64,000 nucleotides of DNA. Source: Fistulifera solaris (taxonomy: Eukaryota). The notes below the pieces were generated by a model. The model was given only the letters and a program-made list of their open reading frames with translations. It was not told the DNA's origin and ran no database searches. A program made the translations under genes and the position numbers. The stretch's first letter is position 1; every line of letters starts with the position of its first letter. The stretch covers positions 744,001 through 808,000 of the forward strand of contig AP026133.1 in the NCBI GenBank assembly GCA_030295235.1, given 5' to 3'. This document shows positions 11,567 to 22,923 of this stretch, in pieces.

Positions 11567-12711
11567 ATGGCGAACAGGACTGTTGATCCTCTTGGCCGAC
11601 CAACGACACAAACCCTGACAACAATAGCTGCAGCATCTTGTTCAAATAATGTGAACAGTCAAAACATGAGAAATCAGGATTCTGTACCTCGAAGACCACA
11701 TCGAGCGAACAGCCCGGAGCGCAACTTGATGGGCGCAGCAATTCTGCCAAAGACAGGGGGTCCGACTTCACGCAATACATCGGAAAACGTGAGTGATTTG
11801 TCGAATTCACACGGAAGTTTGAGCTCGACTTCCTCGTTTTTCTCCTCTACGGATGGCAGTGGTCCGACATCTGCCGGAAGTAGTTTCAGCTCACTGAGCT
11901 CGCCTTTGCGAAAACGGTTCTCCACGTCATCGCGACTATCTCTTTTCAGCAGCCAGCCACCAGGGAAAAGAAGATTCATCGGAAATGTGCAAAGAAAAAG
12001 CCACAGCAATTGAATCGCTGGGACTCTTCGGAAGAATGCAAACCGAAGGGATTGCCTCAGAAGCCTCAACGGGCAGATGCAGCACAAGGAGACGAGACAG
12101 CATCGCGTGTGCGAGATGTCGGAGCACCACCACGAGAGCGAATGTATTCTGATGAAAGTGCAATCAGTCGATGGTCTTCGCATGTAAACCCTTCATCGTA
12201 TGATGTAAACGTTTGCCCCAGAAGAAGTGGTTCACCTCGCAAGCCTTCTCGTCCGCCACTGATCGCGACACCGGATCTGCAATCGCTTCCAAAAGTATCG
12301 ACATCACTGAAAAACGAAACGAACTACGAGAGAGAAATCGAGTTTCACCCCAATTTAATAAAAAAATTTCGAAAAGTCGATTCCAAAGTCGAGTTTGCTG
12401 AAACAATCAACAATGGAGTTCAGACCGAACACCGTGCGGTTCTTTTCCGACAACCCAAAGCCCACAATTTATTACTATCCGAATCTTCACACAGTCATCC
12501 TCCTGCTTTGATACCGCGACTTCCACCCTGGAATCCCCACAGCAACGCCGATCCCATCCATAAATTGAAATGTCCATTCGCATGGGCCGAATCGAAGCGG
12601 TCAATTGCCACAGCGAGTACGCGTGAATCGAGCGCATCTTCGGCAGCGTGTCCTGACTACTCCATTCCTTGGTTTGCTGCCCGTCAGCAACAATCGAAAT
12701 TTGGTCCATAG
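11567..12711 (+). CDS. Hypothetical Ser/Pro-rich protein (one frameshift near 12000); paralog of 20764-21766
   Basis: ORFs 11543-12013 and 12010-12711. Shares PRRP.RA.SPER, FST..RLSLFSSQ, NRWDS and S.RS.AT.STR.S.ASS.A.PDYSIPWF with the downstream paralog. Confidence 0.7.
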
Positions 12712-13875
12712 CAATAAGCTGATGTAGAATTAGTTTGTATGTTTCACGAATCCTTTACAGTGACATTTGTCGCCTTTTTAACATTATTGCGATGGTAACG
12801 CGGGAGGTAGAAACGACCTACACTCCTACGTTGGCAAAATGTTATATAGCCATGAATCCTGAATAAATGCTCTCGTTTGTCTTCATTCGCCGCTTAATGA
12901 CGCGATGTGATATGCGACGAGAAAGCCATGGACATGTTAGGATCGAGCATGGACTTGTTTCGGAACAGCATGGATACAAGTACCAGGTATAGGGGGGAGA
13001 AAACGAGAAAACGGGGGCCATCGTCGGCAACCGGCACTCAAGACTCAAGACGTATCTTTTACTCGTGAAAAGCTCGAGTACTGCAGTCTGCAGTAAACTT
13101 ACTACGCGGTTATCTTCTCTCTGGTTAAAGGTCCGTCAAAGGGGACGGTACACAAGGCTACGTAGCCCTACGGCTCCCGACAAAACCAGTACCCCCATTT
13201 TGTCAGGACCAAAATATGGCCTTTTAGAGTTCCACACTGGCATTCGCGTACACAAGCCCCTTCGCGGCGCTTCACCACGGCTTTATCCTTTGGGTCAAGT
13301 GAGTTTCTGAGTACTGTAAAATGTTGAGGACACGATTACTTTTAGTGGGTTTCTACGACATAAATCGTATACCGTTTGAAGCGGCACCTCGCCTTTCCCA
13401 CCGAACACATTTTTCTTCACCACATTATCGCGCAAAAAATGCACCCGACCATGGCGACTCGAAAGCGTACCAGTGAATAGACTTGTGACTCCCTCAAAAA
13501 TTATGCTGCAGTGAAGTGACTTCCGTGGCGAACCCTTGGCAGTGAAGTGGAAGTGAAATCACTCCCGTGTCGCACTGGCTATACTGTGGGGGGAAGAGTA
13601 CGAGTCATCGTAGCGGTTAGCGATGATGGATGATTGATTATTGATTGGCGATGATCGCCATTCACAATTCACAATCACTCATTCTATAAGCTGTTACGGA
13701 GTAATAAACTCATTGCAATTTTCAATACTTTTCTTTGAACAAAGTTCCTTGATTGTCAATAGCATCACTGAGGTGGAAAGTCCAGACTTCTCAGTAACTT
13801 GGTGTTCCTTGTTCCTTTTCCTACAAGCCGTGAGCCGTGCGATGCGTGAGGCTTGAGCCCTTCGACTTTCGTAAG

Positions 13876-16356
13876 ATGAGTTCAAATAGCTCTGCTCCAA
13901 TCCAAGAGGTCGTCGTCAGATTAGAACAAGGGCAAGTGCAAAACGCATCAGCAACCACCAGCAAATATCCCTACCGTCAACGACTCAATAATCAGACGGT
14001 GGTGCTGTTCGAACTCAAGCGAACAAGTTCTAACTACTGGGATTTCATCTCTCCCGCCGCATTGTATGTCCCAGGGAAAAAGCTAAGTGCCTATACTTCA
14101 GATGATGCAGTATGTGCATGGTGCAAGAAATGCAATTGTGAGGTAACCTTTGGGAAAGGTGATATAAAACCCGTAATCTCACTTGGACTGTTTTCATAAA
14201 GAGCACCTTAAAAACCACCAAGAGGCTTCACAAAAGACCAAAGCTTCTCGCGATACGGTAGTCACGCATCAAACATCGTTGAAAGATTCCTTCGCATCCT
14301 CAAAGAAAGCTACAGCTAGTATGCCAAAGGCGTCAAAGGCTGACCAGAAGAAAGCCGATGCTTTGTCCCTATTGTGGATCACGTCGTCACTTTGTTCATT
14401 CAACGCAATTAATGACTATGGACTTCGGATGCTATTCGATTTCCTCAACGCTGCTACCACCGCTATCGAAATCCCTGATCGCACAAAACTTTCTACAATG
14501 ACTGTCGACTTGAACACGAAAGTTTGCGAGACTGTAAAGCTTCGGTTAGCAAAAGAGATGAAATGGTACTGTATCACCACCGACATCTGGACATCAAGAA
14601 ACGTAGAAAGTTTCATGGCGATTACAATTCACTACCTGAACTCGTCATTTGAGATGCAGAACTTTGTTCTAGAACTGCGTCAGTTTGGCGAATCCCATTC
14701 AGCCGACAACATCAGGTAAATAAAAACGATTGCTTTGAATAACGAAGTTCATGTTGCATTTTGCACACCACAAGAAACTAACGTTGTTTCTTGCGTTTCT
14801 TGTTGTTACTTGTTACGTTGTTACAGAAAGAGCTTAAGTGAGTCTTTCAACGATTGGGGCTTAGATAAATCCAAGCTCACAATGGTTCTGCGTGATAACG
14901 CGTCGAATGGCGTAAAGGCCTGCAATGATTGGGGAGTCTCCCATTTCGGTTGCGTTGCCCACTGTCTTCATCTCATTGTTGGACCTTTTCTTCTTTGCAG
15001 TAAAAAAGAAGATGATGAAGGGACAGAGATAGCCACAGCAGCTTTAGCGAATGAGCCGGGAGTGCTGGCGGCTGCTGCGGCTTCAGCAAATCAGCTGGCA
15101 GCTGAGGCAGTGCCCGGCAATACAGACGAAGGTGAAGAGCGTGAGGATATAGGAGGTTATGTTGAAGAACTAGCTGATCAAGTGAAAAATGTCAAGCTAT
15201 GCAGGATGACGGTTCAAAAGATTCGCACAGAAATCAAGTTCTGTCGCCAAATCTGCCAAGGCAATGGCCAAGCTGGCCGAGCTGCTAGGTCAGTATTGTT
15301 ATCTGATACTCGATGTTTGAACGCGTTGGAACTCAGTGTATGAGATGTTGAGAACCTTCCTTTCAAAACGAGCACCAATCGAGCAGTTTCTTTTCTATTT
15401 ATCAACTCCAGCTGGGATAGCTGAATTCGGGAAGAACTTCCCTTCCAATTCTGACGCAAGCGGAGTGGGCTATTGCACATGGCCTTGTCATCCTTCTGAA
15501 GCCATTCTTCGATGCAACCGAAAATCTCTCTGGAAATTCCTACCCATCATTTGCCTTGGCTGTTCCATTGCTTCTCAAAAGCGTTCACGCCCAATTTGGA
15601 AGAAGCCGGATCTTTTCAGGGAGTGGGATTATGCTGGTGACGACTGTTCTGAATTGTTGATTGTTCTTCAGTCGTACGCAGATGGCTGCTGGAAAAGAGT
15701 GAGGAAACGTCTTCAACGAATGGTTTTCTTCGACGGAAAGATGTATTGGATTAGCTACATGGACCCACGATTTAGAGATGGTAACGTTATGAAATCGTCT
15801 GTTAACGACGCAAAAAAACAGGAAATAATTCAACAAATCAAGGACGAAGCCTTTCAGTTGGCTGTTGACGAAGAACATCCCGAGCCTTCAGCGACTCTAT
15901 CACAGGCAACCACCATTGAGAGTGCTAGTGTGGGGCTCATCAACTCTCGCCGAGAAAAAGAGAAAGAAATGGATCTTCGATTCTCCTTCGGTTGTTGATG
16001 GCAACATAGGCAGCAAGCCTGTTCAAGAAGTCAGCCGTGAGGAAAAACTGAAGGCAGAAATAGCAGCAGAAGTCGAGTTTTACATGAAACCGGTGGTAAA
16101 TCCACACGATATTGATCCTCTTGTCTGGTGGAGAGAGCACCAAAAGGACTTTCCTCATCTGTCCAGGGTTGCAAGGAAATGGCTAGGTGTCTGCGCCACC
16201 TCCACAGAATCAGAACGTGTATTCTCCAGCTGTGGCGTGGCGTTGACAGCAAAGCGAGCCAAGTTGAAAGGATCGACACTGGAGGCACAAGTGAAACTCA
16301 AATACAACCTACCAGCATGCGGAATGGATATCGAGGACATAGCTCAAGCACTATAA
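13876..16356 (+). CDS. hAT transposase (BED finger, DDE, C-terminal hATC domain) with intron 14716-14826; frameshifted
   Basis: BED-like NYWDF..WCKKC..H; TTDIWTSR; RDNASN; CVAHCLHL; DPLVWW..FPHLSRVARKWLGVCATSTESERVFS. Removing the GT..AG intron at 14716-14826 restores NIR-KSL. Confidence 0.9.
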
Positions 16357-16840
16357 TAGTTCTAGTTTAAAGTTATTCAGTGATCAATAGTTTTGTATGC
16401 TTTAGTTTATTTTGAGACCGATGGCTCGAGACTCGAGACCCGACATGATAAATGATTGGTATATTCCTTCGGCTGCAATCACTAACAAATCCACCTTTGC
16501 TCTCTAGTCTCTAGACACTAGAGAGACAGTCTTATACCACTTACCCAATCTGAATAAGTGTGAACCAGAAGACTTAGCTCATAGGTACAATGGTGAATGA
16601 AGAAACACGGTCAAGTTACTCACAGCTCACAGTCGGCCGCAACTCACTCGCACAACACGTTATGACTGTCAACCTTTACTCAACAGACAAACCCGCCCTC
16701 ACGCCCAAAAAGCATGAATCATCAAGTGATACCATATAGATAAATGCCATCGGTTTGTGTTCAAAATTCAATGACATAACAATCCACTACAACCACTCGG
16801 TGTAGCCCCAACTGCCACAGCAGAGCCACAGCCTTGACAG

Positions 16841-17360
16841 TTACGACATTCTCGTCAGTCTAGCCCGTTTTCGGTGACTGGTTTCGACAAGTCGATCAAT
16901 GTCAATCAAGAATCGCTGGTCAGAACTGAAAATGCGCACCGGCAAGTAATTTAACAATCAAGGTCAACTCACCGCGCACAACGACCGCGACACGGCCTTT
17001 TCCTTTACAAATCGACTTTCTCTTCCATGTGGCCCATTCCCGGCGACAGGTTTTCGATAAGTTAGTTAAAATAAACAAAAATCGCCGGCAGAACTGAAAA
17101 GTTCGGCTCGAGAACCATTCGAAACTCTGAAATTTCGTAACAGCGACAGAGAAAAGGCTACCACCTTCGCAAAATGAATTACGACATTCTCGTCAGTCTA
17201 GCCCGTTTTCGGTGACTGGTTTCGACAAGTCGATCAATGTCAATCAAGAATCGCTGGTCAGAACTGAAAATGCGCACCGGCAAGTAATTTAACAATCAAG
17301 GTCAACTCACCGCACGCACAACGACCGCGACCCGCGACACGGCCTTCTTCCATGTGGCCC
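16841..17360 (+). repeat. Internal direct repeat in the hAT 3' region (~135-bp identical core plus diverged tail, period 338 bp)
   Basis: TTACGACATTCTCGTCAGTC...GGTCAACTCACCGC begins at both 16841 and 17179. Confidence 0.9.
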
Positions 17361-18929
17361 TTTCCCAAAGCTCCGATCTCCGATTGATCAAGTCTTCAAC
17401 CAAGCAGAAATTTCAGAGCTGAATCAAAATCGCAACTCGAGAGGCGAATGAATTTCGGGCAACATGATACATGACAACGAACTTACCAGGGCTTTCACCA
17501 TAGTAGATGTATGATAGACTATTTCATCGATGATGTAACGCGCTGCTCTCTGTCTCCTGTGGCCTGTTTATACTTATTCCACTACAATAAACAATAATTA
17601 ATCATATAACATATAACTCGTTTGTTGCTTTGTTCTTGTACTTGAGCTCCGGCGTTGTTCGATGTTCGATGGATGTTGATGAGAAGACGACACAATAAAA
17701 CAACGCAAACTGCGACGACCCAAACCCAAAAGACCCGATTTTCGTGTAAAAGGACGAAAATGGCAAACCATCGTCGACGTACAGAACTTCTCACATTCTC
17801 TACGTAGAATCACGTAAACACAGTACTTGGGAGTGAACCCTTCTCGCTCGGCAGTGAAGTGAAGTGAGAAGTGAAATTTCTCACGGCAGTGAAGTGGACG
17901 TCAGCAGTGGAGAAGTCACATGTCTACCAGTGAAGTGTCGAATAACCCGTGAGTAAACGAGTCATGAACCAACGGGACAGCACTCGTTTACACGAGTTTT
18001 ACTATAGGGAATTTGAGTAGCGAACAGCGATCAAACTATTATCCGAAACTCGTTCCCAATATGGCTAACTGCAGTGGAAAAGTATCCCCAATACACTGAC
18101 AAGACCTATACAGCTGACGTTGCCATTTTATTACGGAGTATCTTACATGTTGAAATGCGAATCTTTGAAGTAAAAGATCACGAACAGTCGAACACGATAG
18201 CCTTATAAGATTAGCATCTAGTTTTATCACCAGCAATCCATTTGCAGCAATCCGTTTGCACACAACTCTGTTCCGCTCAGGCCTCTGATCCGCTCAGCCC
18301 AATCTTCCGGCGGCTCCGGCATCGGTAGATTTCCACAGTGAAGTCGATTCTGGGCGAGCTTGTGAACTTTTGCACCTTTCAAATAAGCGACAAAGGAGTG
18401 ATAGATCGGTGCAAAACTTTACAAGCAGAGCCCCGGAGTGCGAAGATATCTGGTCAATTGTCGAGACATTGTTTCGACATGCCACTCCCCGGTATCTTGT
18501 GGCGATTATTGCCAGAAAACGATGAAAAAGACGATATTTCCTACGAAACTTCAGTCGATCGAGAGAACATAGGTCCTTTATTGATTCATGTAAAAATTTT
18601 GGTGAAGAAAGTGGTTCTGTGAGTTGAAAAACGTTTCGTAAAGAAAGCAGCGCTTGATACACTCTTGGACAAGCTGGGACGCAAGCATTTCCATATTTCC
18701 ACCTTTCGTGCATCAAAAGAAAGCAAACAGAGTTTCTACTTTTGCATTGGTGGCATTGGTGAACCTTTGTATCCCAAGATCAAGCAATGTGCCCGTATTG
18801 CTAGCCAAAGAAGAATACAGGCGAAAACTGGAGAGCGCAAACAACGTTGAGATTCTTTGCTAGTATATTTGAGTAAAGGGGACTTTTTAAATAATAAAAC
18901 CAATGAAATTAGTTTTACGTCGCAATCTG

Positions 18930-19771
18930 TCTATTTTTAACCCCACCTCCACAGCTATTCCCAATGAAGCTTCCGGCATCACCTGCTCTGGCAACCGCCT
19001 ACAAAAATCCCTGTAACATGACCTCGGCCCGCCGCTTGACACCGTATCCAAACAAAATGAGCAAGCGCCACTTCCACCGCCAATTCCCGCACCATATCAT
19101 GCGCGGGAGCTCTCGCCTTCGCCAAGCTCAATGCAAGAGAGGGAGCCTAGTGTCTCTCAGGATTACCGACCTCCGATCCAGAGGGAGAACCAGGCTGACA
19201 ATGCTGAAAGTTCCGTCATAAATTGTATGACTGTATCTCCGAAGCCTTGATCAAACTCGGCTTCAAACAAACAAAATACAACCCGTGCTTTTTCTACAAA
19301 AGCAACATGATGATTGTTTTGTATGTCGACGACGCTGGAATTGCCGCAAAAGACCCCAAGTTGATTGATGAGCTAATTGAACAACTGCAGCAACTCGGAT
19401 TCAGCCTGACAAAAAGGGTACATTTGCTGAGTTTCTAGGTGCTAAGTTTGCGCAACGAGACAACAGCGAATTCAAACTTACCCAGACCGGTCTCATCGAC
19501 AAGATTCTCAATACAACAAAGATGGAAGACTGTAAGCCAAATAATCTTCCGACATCCCAACAAGCGAACAAGGTGCCCTGATCCTCGCTCGCGACCAACG
19601 CATCACCAATCGGACCAAGTACTTCCTCACCAAGTGGCATTGGTTTTGGAAGCATGCCAAGGAGTTCACGCTGCTCAAAAGGGAGTCGATCAAGCAGCGC
19701 CCGATTACTTGACGAAGCCTTTGCCGAGAGATGCCTTTGTGAACAACCGCCGCCTTGTCCAAGGTTGGTAG
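18930..19771 (+). mobile_element. Degenerate, internally deleted Ty1/copia fragment of a second family
   Basis: LIKLGFKQTKYNPCFFY..VLYVDDAGI, QTGLIDKIL and RNase H end DYLTKPLPRDAFVNNRRLVQGW. No LTRs recognised. Confidence 0.85.
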
Positions 19772-20098
19772 TTGCGCAAAAAAAGCATTGCTTTACTTGT
19801 TACTGATTGTTACTTACATATTTGTGGAAACCTGGCAAGACGTAGAGCAACAAGAGCCCGTTTGTTATTAAAACTTGACCATCGTGCTGTCTCATTCATT
19901 TCGATGTTTTCATTGTCCGAAGATTGAAAAGAAAACGTTTGAATGAATATTGCATAATAAGAGGGCAACCGGTATCGAATCTCGAAGACTATCTAATTGA
20001 GAAATAAGATGCGGTGGTGCACGCCCTGGATGCGTGCGGGCCATTGCAGAATGCCTACTCCACATCTCACTCTCAAACGTTTTGTCGGAGCCCAAAAT

Positions 20099-20172
20099 AA
20101 AGTGGAAAATTCAGTCGAATGTCAAGATTAGATTCTGACAATTAAAAAATTAGGAATAAAATATATATGTTA
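20099..20172 (+). repeat. Solo copy of the CRE 3' UTR
   Basis: Matches 4422-4496 with one substitution and one A deleted; no poly(A). Confidence 0.9.
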
Positions 20173-20763
20173 TACTGGTAAAAATATTTGGCAGGTATTT
20201 GTGTCATATTTGAGAGACCAAAATACACTTTGGATGATAGTGGAGTACCGCCACCGGGTTCGGACTACGTGACAACAGTACCCGCCCCCGACAAACTCCT
20301 TTTGTCAGGCCCCCAGATAATGCGGATTAAGGATTTATGGATTTTTGGGGGCAATAGCGGGGGCTATATTAGAAAGCGCTCGCTATTTTTGTTTCAGTGG
20401 ATGAAGTGTACTGATCCATATTTTGCAACACAGTCACACAATGTTCATGAGACGTAAACGTCTGTCATACGCACTTGAACCTTGATCCAAAAGAAAGACG
20501 CACCTCGATCGTTTTCTTCTTTGCAATTTGCAACCCATCCCGTGAAACGTGAAACGGAGTTGTCATCAAGTGTGTTTGTTTTTTTTTCTTCGCATTTTCC
20601 TTGCATAATAACAGGTGTGACATCGTTTCATCAAACGTGAAAGGAACTGATGAACTGTTCCCGGACGGCATGTGGGAAGACGATGCATGCTCCACACAAT
20701 GACAGCATGTCAAGTTGACTTCCAGATTCATGGTCGCTCGGAAGTGCAAGCATTATCAAGTGA

Positions 20764-21766
20764 ATGAATCCTTTTCTTGAACGATCTCTGAATAACTGTC
20801 ACCACACAATGAACATCGAAACATCTCCGTCTTCATATTGCCTAATGAAGCAAGATTCGTTACCACGACGACCCCGTCGAGCACACAGTCCAGAACGTCT
20901 CTGCATCAACAAAACTACTTCTTTCAAGGCCGTCATCCGCCGAGTCTCGTTCGCAGACAGTGTCAGCGATTTATCATTGTCGTCTTCACAGGAGAGTGGC
21001 TGTGAATCAGTCTGCTCGTTTTGTTCCTTCGATGATCTTTCGACGATTTTGAATCACTCGACGGCTACACCCACTAGCAGTTCCTTGAGCTCTTCGTCTT
21101 CATCGCGCAAGTTCTCTACAACGACTCGTTTATCCTTGTTCAGCAGTCAGGCACACGAAAAGAAGAAAAAGTAAATCGAAAACAAAGACGGGACGAGGAG
21201 GTCGGAAACAACCAAAGCAAGAACAGGAAATACTGAATCGCTGGGATTCCTGGAAAAACGACGAACCACAAGGATCACCCGTCAAACCGGAACGAAAAGC
21301 ACTTGTCGATAGCCGCTGGTCTTCTCATTCTTCACGTGCTCCGATGTCGTCACCTCGGCGCAGCTCTTCCCCGCATCGTATCTCGTGTCCTCCGTCTCCC
21401 CTGGCTTCGCCGCCTTTGATGCCGCTGGAGCCGCCACAACAGGACATTGTGTTTCATCCGCAATCATCAGCCAAACAGCTCCCGACACTGCCGCAGTTGC
21501 ATCCTCGGGCAGTACTCACGCGCCGACCGAAAGCCCGCAACTTGGTCTTGGAAGCGGCCGTGAGCCCGAACCGTTTCCCGCGACACAAAGCGATCTTGAC
21601 GGAACGCGATCACGAGACGATTCGGAAACTAAAATCGACGTGGGAGTCGCGACGATCCGTCGCCACGACGAGTACCCGCGATTCGGCCGCCTCGTCGACG
21701 GCGTCTCCCGATTATTCTATTCCCTGGTTCTCGTCGTCGTTGCAGCGTCCGTCGGCGCTCAAATGA
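20764..21766 (+). CDS. Hypothetical Ser/Pro-rich protein (frameshifted); paralog of 11567-12711
   Basis: ORFs 20764-21174 and 21344-21766 share several motifs with 11567-12711. Confidence 0.7.
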
Positions 21767-22193
21767 AAGTTTGTAGAAGCGAGAGGAAACCGTCTGGTTC
21801 TACAGCACCGGCGTGAAGGCGGGGTTTAATTTTGAAGCTGAATTCGTCTATCTGTACCTTCTCGTACACAATTTTATGTGATAGAGATGTAAATAGGAAG
21901 ATACGATTATAAATTGTGAGCACTACAAGCCGCCGTCACACCATTAATGTTACTTCGTTTCGAATTGCTTGACGAGAAGTGGACAACAACACATTCTTAC
22001 TGTATTCATTAATTTGCAAAGGCATTTTACTAGCTCGGAATTGGATGTCCTTTGATGCTTGAAATGTCATAATTTTAACAGAGTAAGCCATTGTTCGAAT
22101 TACATTAGGGAAGTCCCTAATAAAGGCGCAGTTGAATCTATAGCTAATTCTCAAGGCTCGACACCTCAACCAACAAGACGCAGTAGAAACTAA

Positions 22194-22322
22194 CAGATTT
22201 TCTGTATGATGAAATACATCATATCCAGAATTTCTGGAACAAACAGAATATCTGTATCATGAAAAAAACTGGAAAATACTCAGAATTTCTGTATGACCAA
22301 AAACACCGTTCCCAGAAATTCT
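22194..22322. repeat. Dispersed repeat with CAGAA-T-TTCTG palindromes; related copy at 48452-48530
   Basis: TATCCAGAATTTCTGGAA and ACCAAAAACACCGTT(C/T)CCAGAA occur at both loci in the same order. Confidence 0.65.
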
Positions 22323-22340
22323 AGTTCCAAGGCAGTTATC

Positions 22341-22590
22341 CCCCGGAAAACGGGCTCAGGACTCGCCCTTTACTAGCACTAGTAGCTAGGGCTTACTCAG
22401 CATGGGGCCAGCTTGAATAATTTGTGAGAAAATGAAAATGGGCAACGAAAAAACCAGTCCGAATGTCAAAATTGCATTCTAACTTCAGGAAAATAGGGAA
22501 ATTTTTTTTATAATCTAACTATCCTAATTCCTAATTAACTTTATTCCCTAATTTCCTAAAGGTCAGAATGGAATTTTCGGTATGTCCGAA
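22341..22590. repeat. Diverged CRE-like 3'-end remnants, tail-to-tail (plus ~22341-22500, minus ~22544-22590)
   Basis: GGAAAACGGGCTCAGGACTCGCCCTTTACTAGC resembles 4321-4352. CAGTCCGAATGTCAAAATTGCATTCT resembles 4435-4459. 22544-22580 is an inverted copy of ~22468-22500. Confidence 0.7.
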
Positions 22591-22923
22591 CTTTGTAATT
22601 TATCGTGGGAGCTACAATTAGACCCAGCTGTTGTAAATTTTGTTTCATGCTAAACAAACAGCTTTAGCTCACCATCAACTAGTAAGAGGTATGAGTGCGG
22701 ATCAATAATTACGTCTAATTACTGTTCAAGCTCGGAAAAACATCGATTCATGACTGAAATTTAGTCGTGATTATGTTGACTCCACTACAGGCTACATTCT
22801 ACATGCTTATCTTATCATCGAGGTCATTATAAAGCGAACGTTTTCCATTTTCATTTACATTGACTGTTTCCTTCCTATATTTGATCAGTATCTGCATCCA
22901 TTTCTCTTATTCGGCGGATAATT

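Larger units (their letters stand above)
13478..17926 (+). mobile_element. Complete hAT-superfamily DNA transposon (4449 bp)
   Basis: TIRs TAGACTTGTGACT (13478) and AGTCACATGTCTA (ends 17926), one mismatch. Perfect 8-bp TSD CCAGTGAA at 13470-13477 and 17927-17934. Subterminal GCAGTGAAGTG repeats. Internal transposase. Confidence 0.95.

Noticed and set aside
13451..18020. Host gene interrupted by the hAT (MATRKRTSE|VSNN, then a GTGAGT..TAG intron at 17949-18007)
   Set aside because: The reconstructed spliced frame reaches TAG within four codons, and the downstream ORFs (18338-18850) are not recognisable.
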